Made by a program: the position numbers and the translations under genes. Below are positions 1-5,728 of a stretch of 5,728 bases of DNA, piece by piece. Position 1 is the stretch's first letter. Every line of letters begins with the position of its first letter. Where the stretch lies: contig JADGIF010000634.1 in NCBI GenBank assembly GCA_018985225.1, positions 1 to 5,728 of the forward strand. The letters run 5' to 3'. The DNA comes from Amoeboradix gromovi X-113 (taxonomy: Eukaryota; Fungi; Sanchytriomycota). The notes under the pieces were generated by a model, which saw only the letters and a list, made by a program, of their open reading frames with translations, made no database searches and was not told the DNA's origin.

Positions 1-1054
1 AGTAAGAGAATAGCTGTACAGAATATTTATTTTCCTTTTATACTCGTCAACTCTGCAACTAGCTGAATGTCCACTCGTCTCTTAAATCCATAAAATTAAT
101 AAAGCTGAAATAATGTTCAAAGTTACACAAAGTTTGTCCAGTTTTTATATTTGATGTCCCATTTGTTTATTTTTTAACAGCATTGAAAATAGAGGACTAG
201 ACGCTCTCCTGAAGTTTAGTAGGAGCTTCTTCCCATTTAATTTCTAAAATTAGATGTAATAGACTGCTATGCTATACAAACAATGAAAATAGCCTTTTTT
301 ATGTTCTGAACATGCAGATTGAGAGGGAATGATTCCGCAGTCACTGAACGAGAGGCCTTGTATTTAATGGGATTCAGCAATCTCCACAAATTTAAATAAA
401 GTTTGTTTTAATAATGCTTCGTACAATGTGGAACCAATTTCAGAAAATTTCCCCAGTCTAAGTCTGAGGACTTGGAAAGATGTGTCAGTTCCACAATATG
501 CCTATAAGCCTTTTCTCAGCATGAACATTGATTGGAAATATCTCTTTCAATATAGTTTGGCTTATTAGCATTGGAGCATATATTGCAACATCTCATCTGA
601 TACAATTTTAACAATCTGTCTTGATATTTGTAATGTAGTCTTGTTCACAAGCAAGGCAGCATTGGATGTCTTTTTAGTACCTGGTGTATGAAGATATCGG
701 AATCCTAGTGTGGTTTCTAGGCGTTCCTCTTACTTGGAAAATGAGAAGGTTTCGTCAGAATGAGTCCCATGTATTCAATCCTTGCCTTTAAAGTTCCTGG
801 GGAACCTCGATTAGGCTTAATTTCATAATTGCCAGAATCCCATTAAGATCACTTCAAGTAAGTTTCTTAGTCTTTATCAGGAACTGCGTCTTGGTAAGCC
901 GGCATTAAAACAAAACTTGCCATATAAAAACAAGACTGCAGTCTATTTTCATTCAAAACTAAATAGCACAAAGAGCATTGCTTACAAATGCTCCTGTTTT
1001 CAAGTCTTTGTTACCATAGTTACTTGATGCACGATTTGATATCACAAACATTAA

Positions 1055-1060
1055 TTTATT
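1055..1060 (-). terminator. Candidate AATAAA polyadenylation signal of RSP5
   Basis: tttatt on + (AATAAA on -) begins 9 nt after the RSP5 stop codon. The AT-rich background makes chance occurrence possible. Confidence 0.45.
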
Positions 1061-1068
1061 TAACTTTG

Positions 1069-3102
1069 TTACTCTTGATCAAATCCTATTGTCTCTTCAA
1101 TAGCCATACTAAGCTTTTGCTCCAACACCTTAAAACTGCTGTAATTAGGCAAATCTATCCTATTAAAACATGTATGCGCTTTAGGCAACGCCGTCTCATC
1201 TTTGACCCTCTCTAATGTAAACTTGCGCGGACCATCACTGCCCTGTAGATCCTTGAATCCATTTACAGGTATCCTACTTGTCCCTGTACAGAACTGTAGA
1301 AACCTTCCCCTTTGCTCGTTATCCCACTGTTCCATCAACTCCCAAAATCTCTTTATTATTAGATCATCTTCTGTGTAGTTTTTGTAAACTGTATTGCTTT
1401 TCCAGTCTTTGATATCTATTTCTGCTATGCCTCCTATCAGCATTTCTAATTCCTTCTCATCAAAAACGTTAATTAAATCTGAAGGGATAAACTCGTGAAA
1501 TCCAACTTTAAATGCTTCCAATTGCGCATGCACTCGTTTGTGTATTCTCCACTCGACTATTAAATCAACATAATCTTGTTTGTTTTCATTAGTCACTGAT
1601 ATATTTCGTCCATTCTCTTTCAAATCATGCGTTTGTAAAATGCCAAATTCCTCCTCCTCAGTGCTGAATGTGCATTCTAAAACATCTGTAATATCATTCT
1701 CTAACATCCATTGCAAGGATTTGTAAACATCAGCGTCGATAGTCTCCATGTCCTCGAATCTAATGGGTTTATTTAATATCATCTTGTAAAATGGACGAAC
1801 AAAGTAAGCATCTAAAAACCTGCGATGGAAAACAGATAAACCAACAACTCTACCGATGAATTGAAACCAGCTTAAATGATCAGGATTAACATGTGAATTG
1901 GGGTTCATTTGAAGGGTATAATTGTCATGAGCGCTATAAACAAACAATCCATACTGAGGATTAAACATCTCGTGACTAAGTAGATAAAAGAATTCTCTAC
2001 TAAGTCCACCAAAATCAAGGCCTTGCTCATTGTTGAATTTAATGTGCAGCTTCTTTTTCAGCTCGCTTGGATTTAACTTCATTATTTCATTAAAAGCATC
2101 ATCAAAGACTGAAGAACGGCGAATCGGCAATACACACTGACCATGCAGAACCCGCAATGGTGGCTGCGATCTAAAATAAACCAATTTGCGCCTAAAATCT
2201 CTTTTGTACTGGGGTATACTCGCATCCAACTGGCTTGGCAATCTGGGGTCATCCCAAGTTGTTGTTTTAGTGCTATGATCTACAAAGTAAACTCTTCCAA
2301 ATTTGGTTAATCGCATTTCCCATCCACTTGGTAATGGGCCCAAATCGCTAAGTGTTTGGGTTGTGGTGATTTGTTGATTTATTCTAATTGTCTGTTGCTT
2401 ACGAGGGTCAACCCAGGTGGTAGTTCTAGTAGTATGATCAACATAGTATGGTCTGCCATCAGGAGTAAATCGCTGCTCGAAACCACTCGGTAAAGGGCCT
2501 GAAGGATTTGGATCATTTTGCACAGCTTGAGGTGCGGAGTCAGGTAAGCTTAGACGGTCATATCTGTTTCTATTCTGTATATTCTCTTGGCCTGTGGGTC
2601 TAATCCAAGTGGTTGTACGATTATTATGATCAATGTAGTAAAAACGACCCAAACGATCCACCTTTCTTTCCCAACCTTCTGGTAGATTATCTTCATTTTC
2701 ACCCGATATAACAGCATTAGAGTGGGGTTTACAACTAAGGTTTATGGTGATTTTTCCTTCAACTGGGATTTGAGAGTCATTTGTCGTTAGATTTAGAGCA
2801 ATCATTTCATCTAAATCATCGCGAATATATTCTCTCAAGTCAATTGCTATTCTACCTAAATACCCTTGCCCATGCTGCTTAAATTTCCGCTGATCATACA
2901 CTTGGATAGCTAGCAAACCCTCGTCGACACGGAAAGTAAAGGATTGATTCCAATATGCATTTCTAGTTGATTTTATTACTTTTGTGGTAGCTGTCTGTTC
3001 ACCATTTATAGTCAATACACAAAATGGATGTGGGTTGCTGAACAAATCACGTTTTATGAGATTATGACAGGCAATTACAGTACACGTCAACTGGTGGGGC
3101 AT
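1069..3102 (-). CDS. RSP5: NEDD4-family HECT E3 ubiquitin-protein ligase, Rsp5/Pub1 orthologue (C2 + 3 WW + HECT), intronless, 677 aa
   Basis: N-terminal C2 ([18 protein letters not shown]...QVYDQRKFK...QGYLG); three WW repeats (LPEGWE..TTTWIRP, LPSGFE..TTTWVDP, LPSGWE..TTTWDDP); fungal Rsp5-type linker [18 protein letters not shown]; HECT with [40 protein letters not shown] and C-terminal EETIGFDQE, then TAA at 1069-1071. Confidence 0.98.
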   Translation of the reverse strand: MPHQLTCTVIACHNLIKRDLFSNPHPFCVLTINGEQTATTKVIKSTRNAYWNQSFTFRVDEGLLAIQVYDQRKFKQHGQGYLGRIAIDLREYIRDDLDEMIALNLTTNDSQIPVEGKITINLSCKPHSNAVISGENEDNLPEGWERKVDRLGRFYYIDHNNRTTTWIRPTGQENIQNRNRYDRLSLPDSAPQAVQNDPNPSGPLPSGFEQRFTPDGRPYYVDHTTRTTTWVDPRKQQTIRINQQITTTQTLSDLGPLPSGWEMRLTKFGRVYFVDHSTKTTTWDDPRLPSQLDASIPQYKRDFRRKLVYFRSQPPLRVLHGQCVLPIRRSSVFDDAFNEIMKLNPSELKKKLHIKFNNEQGLDFGGLSREFFYLLSHEMFNPQYGLFVYSAHDNYTLQMNPNSHVNPDHLSWFQFIGRVVGLSVFHRRFLDAYFVRPFYKMILNKPIRFEDMETIDADVYKSLQWMLENDITDVLECTFSTEEEEFGILQTHDLKENGRNISVTNENKQDYVDLIVEWRIHKRVHAQLEAFKVGFHEFIPSDLINVFDEKELEMLIGGIAEIDIKDWKSNTVYKNYTEDDLIIKRFWELMEQWDNEQRGRFLQFCTGTSRIPVNGFKDLQGSDGPRKFTLERVKDETALPKAHTCFNRIDLPNYSSFKVLEQKLSMAIEETIGFDQE
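1072..2139 (-). other. HECT domain; catalytic Cys645 (codon 1168-1170)
   Basis: AHTCFNR motif with Cys 32 residues before the C-terminal residue (same spacing as yeast Rsp5 C777 of 809); -4 Phe (GFDQE) and LPxY (LPNY) retained. Confidence 0.96.
2239..2691 (-). repeat. Three WW domains (WW1 ~2590-2691, WW2 ~2398-2499, WW3 ~2239-2340)
   Basis: Repeated LPxG[W/F]E-x5-6-GR-x-Y[Y/F]-x-DH-x2-[R/K]TTTW-x2-P motif, three copies in the translation. Confidence 0.95.
2734..3102 (-). other. C2 domain of Rsp5 (aa ~1-123)
   Basis: Matches the Rsp5 C2 pattern L.KRD.F..P.PF.VLTI.G.Q...T.......YWN..F...L.IQV.DQ.KFK...QG.LG. Boundaries approximate. Confidence 0.9.
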
Positions 3103-3140
3103 GAGGGTGTTTCAATCTCAATTAGGGATTTGAAATATAA
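3103..3140 (-). promoter_or_regulatory. Candidate compact core promoter of RSP5 (AT-rich stretch plus CCC triplets next to the ATG)
   Basis: Minus strand reads TTATATTTCAAATCCCTAATTGAGATTGAAACACCCTC-ATG, with CCC at 3125-3127 and 3105-3107. Confidence 0.25.
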
Positions 3141-4160
3141 GAATGACTACTTTAATTTTCATTTAGAAAAACGTAAATGGGACATCCAATTACAAAGTGG
3201 TCTCATCGATAGTCAACAAATTTGTTCATATCTCAATAAATACCATTTATACAAATACAAGTATCTTGTGTAACATTTATCATGTCTTGAAGGCTGGATA
3301 CTCGAAAGAATTTGTTAGTTCGAGTGCTATAGCGATACGGTACGAATCTTGATGTTCCTACTCTTTATGAACGACACGAAAATAGAACAGGTGGTAAAAA
3401 TTTGCTGCAGGCACCGCAAGAAAACTGAATGGCAAAGATGAACTTTGATGCAACGATTCCTTTGGAAAACTATTATGTACATCAATCGAAGTCCCTATTA
3501 AATTTATGTGCTCAGTTTCTGATTGAATGTATTAAATGATGAAAATAAAAATTGCACGTGATACACCGTGCACATGTTTCTAGTAATTTAAGGCAGGACT
3601 CGCCTGAAGTTTACAGGCAATCATATAGTACTCTTCTGGTTTAAAGAAGAAAAACGTCTATTCAATCTGAGGGAAATCATCAATTCCAACGCTCAAGAGT
3701 ACATCACTTTTAACTGATACCATAGTTCCTCGTTGAAACACCCGCCTATTTAGAAATCAAGAGTTTCCACAAATAACGCTCTTCGCTTCAAAATGACAAT
3801 CCTATTGATTAAAAGAATGATTCTCAAGTTTTAGGCAGCTGAAAAGTGTAGAAATATAGCATATTGGACGATATTACTTGTGTAATCAAAATAGTTGGTT
3901 TATTCAACTAAAATTGATAGCTGACTATTGGCAGAAAAAAAGTGATAATATTTGTATTTGGACTAACGTATCAGTGATAAAATGTGCACTGAGCGACAAT
4001 TTGTCATTCTAGTTTTTACATCTGGTGGATCTTGCCAACTTTAGGAAATCTTCTCGAGCTTATCAATAATGCGGATCAGAAAAATAATGTTACTTTTGAG
4101 CTTAAGATATTTACTTTGTAATTCTAGTGTGCAGTAAGCACAATGAGCATTTTGTCTTCA

Positions 4161-5615
4161 CTAGTCTTTCAAATAGTCGCTTGAAAACAATATATCGTCT
4201 TGCACAAATTCGGCTATACTACCTGACTCTTCGCTGCACTCACTCTGAGTTACTAAAATTGGTTTAAATTTCATCTTCTTATATTGCGGGGTGCTATGCA
4301 ACTCCCTATAAATTCCGATGTCGCTACTTAATGCAGTCGTATTTGCAATAAAATCCCTATCTTGTGTGTTGCTAAGTACGCTAAATGATGAATCAGTTCT
4401 CTTATCACTGCAACTTGCCTCTAAATTTAGAAACTCTTGAAACTTTGGTTCTCTCTCAAACAATTTAACAGGAGTTTCTGATTCTGATACTCTTATTTTA
4501 ATAGGTGTCTCTGATTCAATTACCCTCTTCGTATTTAATCTTTGATTGCATACGGGTGTGTCTGAAAAATTAATTTTATTTAAATTATTTATTTGCGGTG
4601 TTGTAGGTGCGGAATTTAGAATTAAAGGTTTGCTTTTGATTGGGGTTACTTCAATGGATGCACCTTGACATACTAGAGGCTGATTATATATAGCCAATGT
4701 TCTAGTAGAATTATTAACTACAGTTTTCACTTTGCCATTAAATTTTGACAAAGTTGCCAAATCTTTCAAATTTAGGTTTAGTTCTGTTTGCTCTGGTTCA
4801 GTTAGCAGTACAAAGCACTTGTTACTGCCATATATTCTGAAAATAGGCGCAAATGGAACATCTACAAGAATTAGAATTTTAAAAATTTTGTAGGTCAATC
4901 GTTGATTTAAGAATGAGTTGTAATCAATGCAGTGAGTGAAAGTAAAGCATTCATTGAATAAAGCATCATCCTGTATTACACAAATAGCCTGCGGATATTC
5001 CTTTATCAGTTTTTTGACTATGTTAATTTTAGGATTTAATCCCGGGACATCCTCGCTGAGATGAGGCTTGGCTGCAGATATACCATGTTTTAGAAGTTTG
5101 ATGTAAGCATTACAGTTGCGAATGAACTCTTTGTCTATGGAATGTCTAGTGATGCATTTCATAGGAGGAACTAAACATTTTAGCGGAAAATCAAAATTTG
5201 GTTTTAAATACTGAGTTAAATGGGTATAGTCAGGGTGCTGAACAATCCTTAACCGGATCTGTCTTGCTAGTGTAGACAAGTGGTTTTTTGGATGTAATTT
5301 TATGTAAATAAAATTGAAAGCTTCCATCTCAACTAAATAATAGTTTGGGCTGCAGTATATTTTGATATCCCCAAGGTCTAGAAGAGACTTGAAGAATTTA
5401 TATCCCATAATAAATGGAAAGTATATGTTTATATCAATCTTAGATGGCCATATTTGCTGGATTACAAACAAAAGACGAGGATTGCAAACACCAATTATTG
5501 TGACTTCTTTTCGTTCTTTCAAGCTGTTTATAACTTTCAAGTCTTCATAGTTGTTTATAAAAGATGCGTCGAATAATTTTGGTGTCTGATCTGTCAAGTA
5601 AATTGATATTGTCAT
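4161..5615 (-). CDS. Divergent 484-aa protein, probable FANCM/Mph1-like pseudo-helicase with MM3-like C-terminus (true 5' end probably upstream of 5615)
   Basis: A 1455-nt stop-free ORF in AT-rich DNA is almost certainly coding; it ends at TAG 4161-4163. The family call is by-eye similarity and is less certain (~0.5): AYIKLLKHGISA...NPKINIVKKLIKE (insert domain end and HPK motif), KILILVDVPFAPI...KCFVLLTEPEQ (motif V-VI flanks), and C-terminal FLNLEASCS...DRDFIAN...IYRELHSTP...SIAEFVQDD. Confidence 0.7.
   Translation of the reverse strand: MTISIYLTDQTPKLFDASFINNYEDLKVINSLKERKEVTIIGVCNPRLLFVIQQIWPSKIDINIYFPFIMGYKFFKSLLDLGDIKIYCSPNYYLVEMEAFNFIYIKLHPKNHLSTLARQIRLRIVQHPDYTHLTQYLKPNFDFPLKCLVPPMKCITRHSIDKEFIRNCNAYIKLLKHGISAAKPHLSEDVPGLNPKINIVKKLIKEYPQAICVIQDDALFNECFTFTHCIDYNSFLNQRLTYKIFKILILVDVPFAPIFRIYGSNKCFVLLTEPEQTELNLNLKDLATLSKFNGKVKTVVNNSTRTLAIYNQPLVCQGASIEVTPIKSKPLILNSAPTTPQINNLNKINFSDTPVCNQRLNTKRVIESETPIKIRVSESETPVKLFEREPKFQEFLNLEASCSDKRTDSSFSVLSNTQDRDFIANTTALSSDIGIYRELHSTPQYKKMKFKPILVTQSECSEESGSIAEFVQDDILFSSDYLKD
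4464..4529 (-). repeat. Imperfect 33-nt tandem duplication (RVIESETPIK / RVSESETPVK)
   Basis: Units 4464-4496 and 4497-4529 match at 24 of 33 nt; several differences are synonymous. Confidence 0.75.
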
Positions 5616-5727
5616 ACAGTGGAGAACTCCTCATAAAAAGAACTTTTCGAGCAGCTCTTAAAATTTCAAGAATAAATGATATATCAAGAATACACGAGCA
5701 ATAACGACCAATCTTCACGCTTTCTAG
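5545..5727 (-). CDS. Partial upstream open frame (60 aa, open to window edge), probable 5' part of the FANCM/Mph1-like gene in a different frame
   Basis: Translation LESVKIGRYCSCILDISFILEILRAARKVLFMRSSPLYDNINLLDRSDTKIIRRIFYKQL*. KVLFMRSSPL resembles FANCM motif Ia KVVFMAPTKPL and RRIFY resembles motif Ib KRVFF. No stop from 5727 to the TGA at 5545-5547. Confidence 0.45.
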   Translation of the reverse strand, partial: LESVKIGRYCSCILDISFILEILRAARKVLFMRSSPLYDNINLLDRSDTKIIRRIFYKQL

Positions 5728-5728
5728 T

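Noticed and set aside
933-944. Perfect 12-bp palindrome AGACTGCAGTCT (also GTTCC-TGG-GGAAC at 793-805)
   Set aside because: A few palindromes of this size are expected by chance in 5.7 kb.
988-1215. 75-aa + strand ORF
   Set aside because: Mostly antisense to the conserved HECT C-terminus; no recognisable motif; likely a shadow ORF.
3028-3273. 81-aa + strand ORF
   Set aside because: Its ATG is the reverse complement of the RSP5 His25 codon; it overlaps the C2 domain antisense and has no recognisable product.
5362-5550. 62-aa + strand ORF
   Set aside because: Lies entirely antisense within the 484-aa ORF; likely a shadow.
4161-5615. XPF/Rad1 assignment for the 484-aa ORF
   Set aside because: The dead helicase and NPK motif would fit, but no ERCC4 nuclease signature (GDY...ERK) or HhH tail is visible, and the tail looks MM3-like.
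5591-5617. 27-nt mini-intron GTATGA...TACTTGACAG
   Set aside because: It looks splice-like but is 3n in length, so it cannot join the upstream frame to the 484-aa frame. The 32-nt variant leads to the third frame.
1-5728. Alternative genetic code (TAA/TAG=Gln or TGA=Trp) to explain the broken intergenic frames
   Set aside because: RSP5 ends at TAA exactly at the conserved C-terminus, the second ORF ends at TAG, and neither long ORF contains an in-frame TAA, TAG or TGA despite many Gln and Trp residues.
5676-5728. + strand ATG open to the window edge (MIYQEYTSNNDQSSRFL)
   Set aside because: Only 17 codons are visible and it overlaps the better-supported minus-strand frame; cannot be assessed.
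1-5728. CRISPR array, tRNA/rRNA, transposase or prokaryotic operon
   Set aside because: No regularly spaced repeats, cloverleaf, rRNA signature, terminal inverted repeats or transposase motifs were seen; the gene content is eukaryotic.

Overview
AT-rich (roughly one-third GC by eye) eukaryotic DNA, most likely from a compact fungal or fungus-related genome using the standard code. It contains two minus-strand genes. (1) An intronless, compact (677 aa) Rsp5/Pub1/NEDD4-family E3 ubiquitin ligase (C2-WW-WW-WW-HECT, catalytic Cys645) at 1069..3102. (2) A very divergent 484-aa ORF at 4161..5615 that I read, by eye and from memory of the family, as a FANCM/Mph1-derived protein. It has a degenerate helicase scaffold without recognisable catalytic motifs, a cluster of CDK-type TP sites and an MM3-like C-terminal motif. 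A second minus-strand frame (5545..5727, open to the window edge) carries FANCM motif Ia/Ib-like sequence out of frame with that ORF, so the gene probably starts outside the window and is joined by a +1 frameshift, an indel or a 94-nt intron. The ~1-kb blocks 1..1060 and 3110..4160 contain no identifiable gene, only weak candidate signals. No tRNA, rRNA, CRISPR array or mobile element was recognised.
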